Below, one piece after another: positions 9,835 through 18,751 of a DNA stretch of 58,253 nucleotides. Source of the stretch: a virus (Duplodnaviria; Caudoviricetes); IMG/VR virus record IMGVR_UViG_3300022723_000216, positions 1-58,253 of that record; one strand, 5' to 3'. Below the pieces are notes generated by a model that was not told where the DNA came from, ran no database searches, and saw only the letters and a list, made by a program, of their open reading frames with translations. The translations under genes were made by a program, and so were the position numbers. Positions within the stretch are counted from its first letter, which is position 1. Each line of letters begins with the position of its first letter.

Positions 9835-10310
9835 GTCAGCTTCTCCAAATCGTCGAGGCTCGTGATCGGCATGCCCTGCGGCGGCCCAGGGTTCGTCACG
9901 GGGTAGATGAAGCGATAGAGGTCGCCACCGTCGGTGTGGTGCGTGGTCGTGCAGCGGAACTTGAGCTTCCGCAGAAAGATCTGGGCGACCACGTTGTTCT
10001 CGGGGACGTCGGCAAACACGCAGTAGCGCTGCGCCAGCCGCGCCACGTGGATCATCGGCCCGACCAGTTGGGTAGCGATGCGTTGCATCCGATACTCGGG
10101 CGCGACGCCAATGTCAGCCAGGCAGAGCGCCGCGCCGTTGTCGCGGAACTGCGCGTAGGCCACCAGCTCGGAACCAACCGGATACACCACGGTCAAATGG
10201 CCCTTGAGCCGCACCGGCGTGTCGGCACCGCGGCAGGTCATCCGCAGCCGGCAGACCTGGTTGACGTCGTACGGTTGCATCCAGCGCTGCGGGTGTGGCA
10301 GGTCAATCAT
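9831..10310 (-). CDS. GNAT (RimI-like) acetyltransferase
   Basis: IGVAPEYRMQRIATQL motif A; VPENNVVAQIFLRKLKF motif B. Confidence 0.8.
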   Translation of the reverse strand: MIDLPHPQRWMQPYDVNQVCRLRMTCRGADTPVRLKGHLTVVYPVGSELVAYAQFRDNGAALCLADIGVAPEYRMQRIATQLVGPMIHVARLAQRYCVFADVPENNVVAQIFLRKLKFRCTTTHHTDGGDLYRFIYPVTNPGPPQGMPITSLDDLEKLT

Positions 10311-10396
10311 CGTCGTCTCCCGAATCGAAAGCCGCGGCTGGCCTTGGAACGGCGCGCGTCGTTGTTGCGCTGGGCCTGTTCGTGTTCTTCTTGGTT

Positions 10397-11224
10397 TCAC
10401 TTTCCTGCCGCGGCGGGCTCAGCCTGGTGCTTCTCGATCGTGGCCCACAGCTTTTCGGCGCGCTCGCTGCCCATGCCCTTCAGCGATGCCAGACCTTCGA
10501 CCCCATGCTCGCCGTGGTAGCGCTGCACGGCGTCGACGGTCTTGAGGTCCGCCTTCTCGCAGGCCTGCACGATCTCGAACGGCAGGGCGATCGTCGACAA
10601 GGCGCCGACGGCCTGGTGGTGCCCGTTGGTCTCGGCTTTGGCCGGCGCCTTCTCCTTGGCCGGCGCCTTCTTTTTCGGAGCCGCCGGCTTGGCGCCTTCC
10701 ATCTGGCTCAGTAGCGGACGGTCCTTGTCCCGGTAACTCTTGATCGCGTCCTCGACCGGCTCGCTTTGCCAGAGCCCGTAGCGACGGACGTTCTCGCTGA
10801 ACACCTTGATCGGTCGGCGCAGGCGGTAGACCAGGCGGTCCTCTTCGTCCAATGCCGGATCGCCGTGCTTGTCCTTGGTGATCGCGCAGTGGCACAGCAT
10901 CCAATCGAGGATCGCGTGCCGCGGCGTCTCGTCGCTTCCCTGCCAGACCGCGTGCGGGATGATCAGCACGAAGTCGTATTGGGCGTAGGCGCGGTCCAGG
11001 TCGTTGCCGCGCTTGACGCGGCCAAACCCGACCATGCCGTCGACGTCCTCCCGTAGATCGGACATCTGGTAGGCGAGCATGATCTTGGCGTCGGCCAGGT
11101 CGGTGTGGTATTCGCCGATCAGGAAATCCAGGATCTTGTAGGCGGTCTCGCTCGCCGTGCGCTGGATCGGGGAGATCGTGACGCGCTTTCTCTTGGTCTC
11201 CGCGGTGGGTTTACGCTTGGCCAT
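10397..11224 (-). CDS. Phage putative metallopeptidase-like domain plus C-terminal HhH
   Basis: YDFVLII..AVW...AILDWMLCHC (HExxH position degenerate); LASLKGMGSERAEKL HhH-like. Confidence 0.6.
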   Translation of the reverse strand: MAKRKPTAETKRKRVTISPIQRTASETAYKILDFLIGEYHTDLADAKIMLAYQMSDLREDVDGMVGFGRVKRGNDLDRAYAQYDFVLIIPHAVWQGSDETPRHAILDWMLCHCAITKDKHGDPALDEEDRLVYRLRRPIKVFSENVRRYGLWQSEPVEDAIKSYRDKDRPLLSQMEGAKPAAPKKKAPAKEKAPAKAETNGHHQAVGALSTIALPFEIVQACEKADLKTVDAVQRYHGEHGVEGLASLKGMGSERAEKLWATIEKHQAEPAAAGK

Positions 11225-11328
11225 GGCTTGCCTCGTGTGCAAAGGGGCGGGGCTCGTCTCTGCCGAACCCCGCCCAGCGTGGTTGTTGCCGCGTACCGTG
11301 CGGCGACCGGCCTCCGCCGGCCATGTCC

Positions 11329-11805
11329 TTATCCGCCTGATGGCGCCTGCTGGCGCGAATTGACTGGTTCGGTGAACGCCCGCTCGACGTCCCATCCCCG
11401 CTTGCGGAGCCGCGATTCGATGGCGACGCGGCCTAGCCCGAGGACTTCACACCATTCGGACAGGCAACGCGTTTCGCCGCGAAACGTTATCAGATGGTTT
11501 TGGCGGGTGTTGCGTGCCTGCGTCTTCTTGTCCGCCCAGGTGCAGTTGCCGGGCTCGTAGCCCTTCGCGTTGTCCAGGCGCTCGATCGAATGCTGCGATG
11601 TCGGACGCGGGCCCATGTCAGCCAGGAAGTTGAGAAAACTCTCGTCCCATCGCTGGCAAACACGAATCCCTCGCGCGCCATAGTACGGGTACAGCCTATG
11701 CTTCGGGTTGCTGCAACGGTGCCGCATTCCCTTCCAAGTCCCGTACTCCGGCGTCCGTGAAAGCCTGTGCTCCTTTCCTCTCGTCCTCTTCGCGGTAGAT
11801 GGCAT
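11329..11805 (-). CDS. HNH homing endonuclease-like protein
   Basis: W..MR.RC.NP....YYGARGIRVC.RW...F..DMG.RP...SIER.DN..GYEPGNC.WA. Confidence 0.9.
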   Translation of the reverse strand: MPSTAKRTRGKEHRLSRTPEYGTWKGMRHRCSNPKHRLYPYYGARGIRVCQRWDESFLNFLADMGPRPTSQHSIERLDNAKGYEPGNCTWADKKTQARNTRQNHLITFRGETRCLSEWCEVLGLGRVAIESRLRKRGWDVERAFTEPVNSRQQAPSGG

Positions 11806-11950
11806 CTTGCACCTCTCGTCGATGGATTTCGATTTCCTTGGGGGCGTCAAAACCGAGCCGGACGCGGTCGCCGCGGATCTCGACGACTGTAACTTCGATA
11901 TTGCCGTTGATGACGACCCGCTCGTCGCGCTTGCGGCTGAGAACTAGCAT
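11696..11950 (-). CDS. csrA: Carbon storage regulator CsrA
   Basis: MLVLSRK.DE...I..NIEVTVVEIRGDRVRLGFDAPKEIEIHRREV. Confidence 0.95.
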   Translation of the reverse strand: MLVLSRKRDERVVINGNIEVTVVEIRGDRVRLGFDAPKEIEIHRREVQDAIYREEDERKGAQAFTDAGVRDLEGNAAPLQQPEA

Positions 11951-11981
11951 GGTGCTTACCCGTCCTTCCGTGTGTTGGTGG

Positions 11982-12251
11982 TTACTTCCTGTCCGCACCC
12001 TCGATGGTTTTCCTGCCCGGTTCGGCTCCAGACGTGACAGCGGCGCGGGTGATTGCGCCGCCGAACTGCCCGTCGCGTAGCGTCTGCTGCCAGGCGAGAT
12101 CGACCGTCAGGGAGGTCAGGTGGGCTCCCTGCTGGAACGCCGCCATCATGGTTTGCTCGACGAGCCGCTTGGCGTCGTCGCTCAGAGAGATGCCGATCAA
12201 CTGCTCGAGTTGCTCGACGGCGTTGCGTGATTGCGTAGAATCGCCGCCCAT
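11982..12251 (-). CDS. Hypothetical protein
   Basis: 89 aa with AAAGGAG RBS. Confidence 0.6.
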   Translation of the reverse strand: MGGDSTQSRNAVEQLEQLIGISLSDDAKRLVEQTMMAAFQQGAHLTSLTVDLAWQQTLRDGQFGGAITRAAVTSGAEPGRKTIEGADRK

Positions 12252-12416
12252 CGCCTGGACTCCTTTCGTGCCAGATCCCGGCGGCCCGACCCGTTCAATT
12301 ACGCTGGGTCCAGATCGAGCCGCCGGGGTCCGCTACAACAAAGACCGGCCGCCGCACCGAGCCGAGTTAGGGCAGGCGGTAGCGGCCGGGCCCGGCAACT
12401 TTGGGGAGCCAGGCAG

Positions 12417-12491
12417 TAGCGCCGTCAGGATTCGAACCTGAGACCTCGTGGTTATGAGCCACGCGAGCTGACCAGACTGCTCTACGGCGCA
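12417..12491 (-). tRNA. tRNA-Met(CAT), initiator-like
   Basis: Cloverleaf: acceptor GCGCCG/CGGCGC, D arm GAGC/GCTC, anticodon CGTGG-CTCATAA-CCACG, T arm TCAGG-TTCGAAT-CCTGA; no encoded CCA. Confidence 0.93.
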
Positions 12492-12694
12492 CCATCGGGG
12501 CGTCTGGTGGCCAAGCATGGCCAAGAGACGCGATTCTTTCAAGAGGAGCTCGGAGAACTTTTTCGGCGGCATGGCCGGTTGTCGCCGGCGATGGATGATG
12601 GGGGCGGGCCGGCGGAACGCGTTGTGGGGCGCTTGTGGCGGCTTGGGGCCTGCTCGTGGCCGGCGGCGATGGTTCTGGAATCGGACGGCGTTTC

Positions 12695-12746
12695 GCCGGG
12701 GCAAGATGCGTTGCCGGCGTCGCCGGACGTGCCGGGGCAAGATGCG
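12695..12746. repeat. 16-bp direct repeat in the divergent intergenic region
   Basis: GCCGGGGCAAGATGCG at 12695-12710 and 12731-12746. Confidence 0.8.
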
Positions 12747-12954
12747 GTCATGGGCCCGGAAACCCCGGGAAAAACGCGGTCTATTGGGGGTGCCTATACT
12801 GCGGCCTGCGGGATGGGGTTGGGTCGCGGCTGGGTGCGGCGGTTTTGGCCTGGGCCACCCCGTTTTTTGCGTCGACGGATTCCATCACCCGCCGGGGGTG
12901 GCTACCTTGTAGCGGATGGGGGATTGTGCCTGATGCCTGTTCGAGGTGGCTGCC

Positions 12955-13245
12955 ATGGCTGAGCACCTTGCCCAATTGTTCGCGCTGGTGGTGGTGGCGA
13001 ACGTGATCGTATTCGCCCCGCTTGCCGTCGTCGCAGCCGAAGTGCTGGAGCGACCGAACCGCCCGGCGATCCTGCTGGGCGTCCTGATGGGGCCGGTCGG
13101 CCTGATCTTGATCGGCTTCCTCGAGCCCAGGCATGTGGCGCGTTGCCCGGCCTGCTTCGCGCCGGTGCGCTACCATGGCGCAACACGGTGCCGAGCGTGC
13201 GGCGATTCGCTCGCTGACGATCCACTGGCGTCGCTCGACCGATGA
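12955..13245 (+). CDS. Small membrane protein with C-terminal zinc ribbon
   Basis: Two TM segments (GVLMGPVGLILIGF), CPAC...CRAC; GAGG RBS. Confidence 0.75.
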   Translation: MAEHLAQLFALVVVANVIVFAPLAVVAAEVLERPNRPAILLGVLMGPVGLILIGFLEPRHVARCPACFAPVRYHGATRCRACGDSLADDPLASLDR

Positions 13246-13802
13246 AGCACTACATCGACGTCGGCGCGTACAACGGCGATTCGGTGCGTGAGTTTCTGCA
13301 GCCGCGCAGCCGCCGCCGGACGTTTCTGCCCAGAGACGATGCGCCCACATACCGGATCATCGCCATTGAGCCGTGCGCGACGAACCTCAAGCTGCGCGAG
13401 TCCTGCCCGACCGCCGAGGTGATCGAGAAGGTTGCGTGGACGCACGACGGCCACGTTGACTTCTACGAGGTGCCACCGCCGCATTCGCAGACCGTGGCCA
13501 GCTGCGTCGCGTCGCTGCCGTTTATCGGCGATCGCTCGCCGGCCCGGCTGGTGCCGCTGCCGTGCTTTGACTTCCCTCGCTACCTGGCGGACCTCGAGTC
13601 CGAATACACCGTCGTCAAGATGAACGCCGAGACAAGCGAATACCTTTTGCTGCCGCGGATCCTAGACCTGGGCGCGCGGGTCGACGAGCTGTACGTCGAG
13701 TTCCACCACCTCGGCCATCCGGAATGGGACGCTCGGCGCGGGGACATCACGCGAAGACTAGAGGCCGCGGGCGTCCAGGTGTTCGATCGGTGGTGGCGAT
13801 GA
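13242..13802 (+). CDS. FkbM-family methyltransferase
   Basis: YIDVGAYNGDS, IAIEP, VVKMNAETSEY, LYVEFH. Confidence 0.85.
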   Translation: MKHYIDVGAYNGDSVREFLQPRSRRRTFLPRDDAPTYRIIAIEPCATNLKLRESCPTAEVIEKVAWTHDGHVDFYEVPPPHSQTVASCVASLPFIGDRSPARLVPLPCFDFPRYLADLESEYTVVKMNAETSEYLLLPRILDLGARVDELYVEFHHLGHPEWDARRGDITRRLEAAGVQVFDRWWR

Positions 13803-13900
13803 GCGAGCCCGTCTACCTGCCGCGGCGCGTAGCTCTTCGCCTGGCCGGCGCCGTGGCACTCGGACTCGCGTTTCTGATCTACAGGCTGCTCGTGCGCTAG
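13799..13900 (+). CDS. Small TM peptide
   Basis: MSEPVYLPRRVALRLAGAVALGLAFLIYRLLVR; ATGA overlap. Confidence 0.4.
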   Translation: MSEPVYLPRRVALRLAGAVALGLAFLIYRLLVR

Positions 13901-15936
13901 CCGGCCTTCTTGGCTTCCTGGGCCAGCCGTTCGTCTTCGCGCTGGATCGCCAGGTCGATCAGTGAGCCGACCGGGTCGTGCTTGTCGTGGATCTGCCGGG
14001 CCACGCCGCCGGTCAACCAGGAGAAGCCGCCCTTGATCGCGGTCGATGCTTTCTGCGACCAGCCCCACCGCTCCCAGTTTTCCAGGATCTGGCTGCGGAG
14101 TTCGTCGCGTTCCCGACGGCAGCCTTCCACCCCCAGCATGTCCATGTAGTTCGCCACGCGCTTGCATGAGCAGGTCGGCGATGACTGTGCGCCGACCTCT
14201 TCCATCATGCCGGTCAACTGGGTGCCCGGCCCGTATCCGCGCGGCCACAGCAGAATCGCGACGTCGGGGCGGTCCCGATCTTGGCAGCCCAGCACGGTCA
14301 GGCCGGTATCGGCTCCCGTGTGTGAGGCAATGAACCACGCCGGGGTGTCGTCCAGGAACCCTTTGATCTGCGGCGCGTAGCCGGGCCGCTTGTTGTCGAG
14401 CTGCATGCCGTTGCGGGCCGTGTCGTGCAGTACGATCCAGCGTCGCACGCGCGGAGCCCACCGCTTGAGGTCGGCCGTCAGCCGCTCGTAGCAGTGCGGC
14501 GTCTTGAACACCAGCAGATCAGCGGCGCCTTCGAAGTCGGGCTCGTCGGGGAAGTCGTGCATCTGCGTCCGCGACCACTCAGCGGGGATGCCGGCCAACT
14601 GCGGCAGCAGCTCGTTGACCATCCGGTTGTCTTTGGCGCCCTCGAATAGGTAGCTGTGCAGGTTCCCCTGTGCGCCGGCAGCGAGCGCAACCGTCGTCTC
14701 GTGGAACCTGGTGAATTCGACGACGCGCTCGCTCTGCTCGGCCATCTCGCGCAGCTTGTCCATGTGCTTACCGAAGTAGGCCGACGTGTGTTTCGTGTCG
14801 GTGAAGATCGTTTCCATCGTGACCGTCTTCCGCACGGCCTGCGGCTCGTCGACGTGCGCGACCGGGTCGGCCACCAGGTGATCCCACCAGGCCGGATTGA
14901 GCAGGCCGCTGTCCACGAAGTGCGCCCGGACTGGCTCGACGTCGAGTCCCAGCTCGAGGTGCCCCAGCACGTAGTTGCGGCACTTGTCCCAGTTGGTGAG
15001 CCGATACTTCACGCCGCCCGGGCGTGCGAAGCGATGCAACCATTTCAGAAACCCCAGGCATAGCACCTGGCCGCCGGCGCGGCGCACCTTTTCGTGGATG
15101 TAAAGCTCTTCGCCGCCGAAGCCGCGGAAGTGCTCGTTGAAGCCCGGCCAGTCCGTTTTGCGGAACGCGAACAGCCCCAGGCCCTGGCCCGGCACTTCGA
15201 ACTCGTCGGCGTCGTCGGAACCCAAACGGCGGCAGCCTCGTTTGGCTAGCTGCTGTTGATGGCCCGCCCACTTGCCGGGCAGGACGGCACCCCACAAGTC
15301 CGGCCCCGGCGTCGTCGATACGTCGCCGAAGTCGTATAGCGGAAGCGGCTCGATTCCCGTGTTCAGCGTGACGTAACGCGCCGTGCCATCCTGGTTTTCG
15401 ACAACCGAGAAACGCTTGCCTTCGTATTCCCAGGCTTGGCCCCAGACGCCCCACATGCCCTCTCGCCACACGGGGTTAAAGTGCGTTTCGAACGAACCGA
15501 AGTGGTCCATCAGAATCGGGCCGCTAACGATGCCGCGGAAGTCCGGGCGCGCGTCGAACCACGCGATCAGCTTTTGAATCGTGCCTGCCGGTAGCATCAC
15601 GTGACTATCGAGGCACAGCACGATCTCGCCGCGGGCCTCGCGGATGGCGCGCTCGCGTGGGGCCGCGGTTCCCTGGGGCGACGGCATCAGTACATAGCGC
15701 GTGCCCAGCGTGCCGCGCACGAACTTGCCGTCTTTGAAGTCCTTCAGCTGTTGCTTGCTGGCCGGCGCGTCGGGCTTGTTGTCGACGACGACGATCTCGC
15801 ATTGCGACAGATCGTGGTACAGCCGCAGGGCCTGCACGGTGAAATAGACGCCGTCGAAGTCGTCGGCGGTAGCCATCACGATCGACAGCTTGGGTATGGG
15901 CGGGGTTGGGTTGCTCATAGTCTTGGTCGGGCTCAC
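13897..15936 (-). CDS. GT2 glycosyltransferase fused to a methyltransferase-like domain
   Basis: LSIVMAT...IVVVDN...ARGEIVLCLDSH, FRGFGGEE; C-half DLLVFKT.H...IVLHDT. Confidence 0.85.
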   Translation of the reverse strand: MSPTKTMSNPTPPIPKLSIVMATADDFDGVYFTVQALRLYHDLSQCEIVVVDNKPDAPASKQQLKDFKDGKFVRGTLGTRYVLMPSPQGTAAPRERAIREARGEIVLCLDSHVMLPAGTIQKLIAWFDARPDFRGIVSGPILMDHFGSFETHFNPVWREGMWGVWGQAWEYEGKRFSVVENQDGTARYVTLNTGIEPLPLYDFGDVSTTPGPDLWGAVLPGKWAGHQQQLAKRGCRRLGSDDADEFEVPGQGLGLFAFRKTDWPGFNEHFRGFGGEELYIHEKVRRAGGQVLCLGFLKWLHRFARPGGVKYRLTNWDKCRNYVLGHLELGLDVEPVRAHFVDSGLLNPAWWDHLVADPVAHVDEPQAVRKTVTMETIFTDTKHTSAYFGKHMDKLREMAEQSERVVEFTRFHETTVALAAGAQGNLHSYLFEGAKDNRMVNELLPQLAGIPAEWSRTQMHDFPDEPDFEGAADLLVFKTPHCYERLTADLKRWAPRVRRWIVLHDTARNGMQLDNKRPGYAPQIKGFLDDTPAWFIASHTGADTGLTVLGCQDRDRPDVAILLWPRGYGPGTQLTGMMEEVGAQSSPTCSCKRVANYMDMLGVEGCRRERDELRSQILENWERWGWSQKASTAIKGGFSWLTGGVARQIHDKHDPVGSLIDLAIQREDERLAQEAKKAG

Positions 15937-16694
15937 GAGAAAACAACGCGACCGCGCTTGATGTCGAACAGGTCGCCGCGGCGAGCGCGTAGCGCCGCGA
16001 GCTGTTCATGAATGGCAAACTCCGGCCGCCGTTCGATCGCCAGGCCCCCCTTGTCGCTCACCGAGAACGGGAACTCGTGACATGGTACCACAAGCGTCGG
16101 CTTGTTGTGGTGCCAGTACCAGTTGAGATAGCTCTCGTCGTTGACGGCGGCCTCGTATCCGCCCTCGCGGTCCGCGCGCTCGCGTTGCACGAGTTCGCGG
16201 CACATCTCCGCGACGCGGGCCGACGTGCCTCCAAAGAAGGCGCCGTAGCAGTAAACCTGGCCGGGCGCGTCGCTGGGCACGCAGCAATGGCTGTCGGGAT
16301 TGCGGTCAAACGGCTTGTGGCGAACGTCGCAGTAGTGCTGCCCGGCGACCAGCTCGCCCACGAACCACTGGCTGGTAAAACGTCGCTGGATGTTCGTGTC
16401 GGCATCGAAGTAATAGGTGTAGGCTTCGCCGGCCTCAGCCACCCGACCGACCGTCTCGATCTTGGCGTGGTCCGCCTCGAGCCAACTGCGGTGCTGGGTT
16501 TGTCGCCAGACCACCTGGCCGCGCGTTACGTCGAGGTGCTCATAGGGATCGACGTCGCTGAACAGGTGGAACGTGACACGGTGGTTGAACTCGGGGGCGT
16601 CCATGACGCCGCCATAGAAATGCATCCAGCGCCGGATAAACCGCAGCGCGAGAAGCGCGTAAGCGTTGGTTCCGATGACCGTGATGTTGATCAT
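15933..16694 (-). CDS. GT6 family (ABO/alpha-1,3-GalT-like) glycosyltransferase
   Basis: IGTNAY, HLFSD, YYFDADT (DxD), YCYGAFFGG, NDESYLN. Confidence 0.85.
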   Translation of the reverse strand: MINITVIGTNAYALLALRFIRRWMHFYGGVMDAPEFNHRVTFHLFSDVDPYEHLDVTRGQVVWRQTQHRSWLEADHAKIETVGRVAEAGEAYTYYFDADTNIQRRFTSQWFVGELVAGQHYCDVRHKPFDRNPDSHCCVPSDAPGQVYCYGAFFGGTSARVAEMCRELVQRERADREGGYEAAVNDESYLNWYWHHNKPTLVVPCHEFPFSVSDKGGLAIERRPEFAIHEQLAALRARRGDLFDIKRGRVVFS

Positions 16695-18751
16695 GGCGGC
16701 GGCGTCGTCGTGGCGAATGTGCACTGGCCACCCGCCGACCCTTTGGTGCAGCAGTCTGCGGCCTGCGATTCGTAAGTGATCGGATTGCACGGCTGCCCCA
16801 GCTGCGCCCGTTGCGCCGGCGACAGGTCGCACTGACAACAGGCTGGGTCGAAGAAAATGTCGCACGGCAATTCGACAACGGTGCCTTCCGGGCAGACAAG
16901 CCCGCAGCCTCCTGGGCCGCAGGTTTCCTCTTCGCATGGCTCGGCCGTAGTCGTGGTGGTGGTGCTCGTGGTCGTGGTCGTCGTGGTGGTCGTTGTCGTG
17001 CTCGTGGTGGTCGTTGTCGTCGTGGTCGTCGTGGTGGTCGTTGTCGTGCTCGTGGTGGTCGTTGTCGTCGTGGTCGTCGTGGTGGTCGTTGTCGTGCTCG
17101 TGGTCGTTGTCGTCGTGCTCGTGGTGGTCGTTGTCGTGGTGGTCGGCGGATCTTCGTGCAGGCACGGCGCGACGTACACCTCGCAGTCATCGTTCGGCGG
17201 CCGGCCCGGGTACGCGCAGAAGCACTCCCCGCAGTCGTCGTCGTCGAGCTGCCAATTGCCGCCGCCATCGTCGCTGTAGGTGCAGCCTGACCCACACTCG
17301 GGCGTCGTCGTGGTGGTGGTCGTGCTGGGCTCCGGCGTCGTCGTGCTGGGATCGCACGGATCGGGGGTTCCGGTCGCACACTCGCTGCACGCCCGCGATC
17401 GACACGGAACGGTAACGTAGGCACCGCAGGTACAGGATCCCGTCGGCGCCGGGCCGGCAACGCAGTCGGCCGCCGTCCATAACGTGCATCCATAGCACTG
17501 GTAGGGATTCGTGCCGCAGTCGGGGCAGTAGTTGTTGCCGCTGCAGCTGCCGCCGGCGTACCGCCAGGTCGGGTTCGTATAGCCGGCGCAGACATACGAG
17601 TGACCACCCCCGCACGTATCGTCCGGCCGCGGCGGGCACGTGGTCGTGGCGGGCACGCAGGGCTCGCAGTGCGATTGGCAGGGGTCGATCGATGGCGCCG
17701 GTCCGCAGCCTCCGCACACGTCGTTGCCCATGCAGTCCACGGCCCCACCGCCGCACGCCTCGACCCGGATGATGCCTAGCACGGGGTCGTTGTACCAACA
17801 GCACTGGCCGCAATCCGGTGCCGGCGTGGTCGTGCACTCCGGCGTCGTGGTGGTCGTGCTGGGGTCCGCCGTGGTCGTGGTCGTTGTGCTGGTGGTGCTG
17901 GTAGTCGTGCACTCGATCGGAGGCTCGTTCATCGAGTCCGATCGCTCGCAGCGCGTATAGGTGCAGTCCCCTTCGGCCGTCGGGCAGAACGTCGGATACG
18001 AGCAGCGCCATTCTGGCTCGGGCGTCGTGGTGGTCGTTGTCGTGCTGGGATCCGGCGTGGTCGTCGCTTCGATGCATTCGCACGGATCCGGCGTGGTGGT
18101 CGTCGTGTTGGCGTTGGTGCAACAGTTCTCGTCGTCGGGGATCCAGACCAACGACCCGTCGGCGACGAACTTGCACTCGCAGTCGGGCGCCGGCTCCGGC
18201 GTGGTCGTCGTGCTGGTGGTGCTGGTAGTCGACGACGTGGAATCGAGCAGCCGCACCCACAGCTCCTGGATGCCGGTCCCGCTGACGGGCGACAAGATCT
18301 CGACGGGCCCGGACGCGGCGCTGCTGAGAACGTGCTCGCCTGGCGTGGGGGTGGCGTGCGTATGCGCCGCGCTGGTCACGTTCACGCGCGCGATGCAGCG
18401 ACCGCTAATCTGCGCGCGGCCTTCCTCGCATGCGGGCAGTGGGTCGGTCAGAATCGCGTATCGCAGGTGAGCGAACGATGCCGGCGTGTTGCCCTCGAAT
18501 GCCGGATCGTAGGGGGGCATTTCGATCAGCAGGTGATCGCCCAGCTGTACGACGTCGCCGGCTTCTCGGTCGCCGCACGTTTGGTTCCGTACCGAGACGG
18601 CGTCGAGCTCTGTGCCGTGCGTATCGGCACCTGGCGGCCGCGGGCCCCTTCGGTATCCCTCACGCATGTCAACCAGGTCGTTGACGAACTCCGCCTCGCG
18701 CAGAGGCGTGTCGGCCAGTGGCTGGCCTGGCGATACCTTCTTGGCCATCAC
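16691..18751 (-). CDS. Cys-rich, poly-Thr (mucin-like) tail-region protein
   Basis: 686 aa; second gene downstream of the tape measure; many Cys clusters separated by Thr tracts. Confidence 0.75.
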   Translation of the reverse strand: MMAKKVSPGQPLADTPLREAEFVNDLVDMREGYRRGPRPPGADTHGTELDAVSVRNQTCGDREAGDVVQLGDHLLIEMPPYDPAFEGNTPASFAHLRYAILTDPLPACEEGRAQISGRCIARVNVTSAAHTHATPTPGEHVLSSAASGPVEILSPVSGTGIQELWVRLLDSTSSTTSTTSTTTTPEPAPDCECKFVADGSLVWIPDDENCCTNANTTTTTPDPCECIEATTTPDPSTTTTTTTPEPEWRCSYPTFCPTAEGDCTYTRCERSDSMNEPPIECTTTSTTSTTTTTTADPSTTTTTPECTTTPAPDCGQCCWYNDPVLGIIRVEACGGGAVDCMGNDVCGGCGPAPSIDPCQSHCEPCVPATTTCPPRPDDTCGGGHSYVCAGYTNPTWRYAGGSCSGNNYCPDCGTNPYQCYGCTLWTAADCVAGPAPTGSCTCGAYVTVPCRSRACSECATGTPDPCDPSTTTPEPSTTTTTTTPECGSGCTYSDDGGGNWQLDDDDCGECFCAYPGRPPNDDCEVYVAPCLHEDPPTTTTTTTTSTTTTTTSTTTTTTTTTTTTTTTSTTTTTTTTTTTTTTTSTTTTTTTTTTTSTTTTTTAEPCEEETCGPGGCGLVCPEGTVVELPCDIFFDPACCQCDLSPAQRAQLGQPCNPITYESQAADCCTKGSAGGQCTFATTTPPP
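16946..17143 (-). repeat. 66-codon Thr/Ser tract with a 48-bp internal tandem period
   Basis: ACN codon run; 48-bp unit recurs at 16980, 17028 and partially 17076. Confidence 0.9.

Noticed and set aside
11696-11950. csrA as a partner of the dead effector (as in csrA-linked TldR loci)
   Set aside because: It is 20 kb away in another operon, with no linkage evidence.
12417-12491. tRNA as an attP/attL integration scar
   Set aside because: I saw no duplicated 3' fragment and no integrase.
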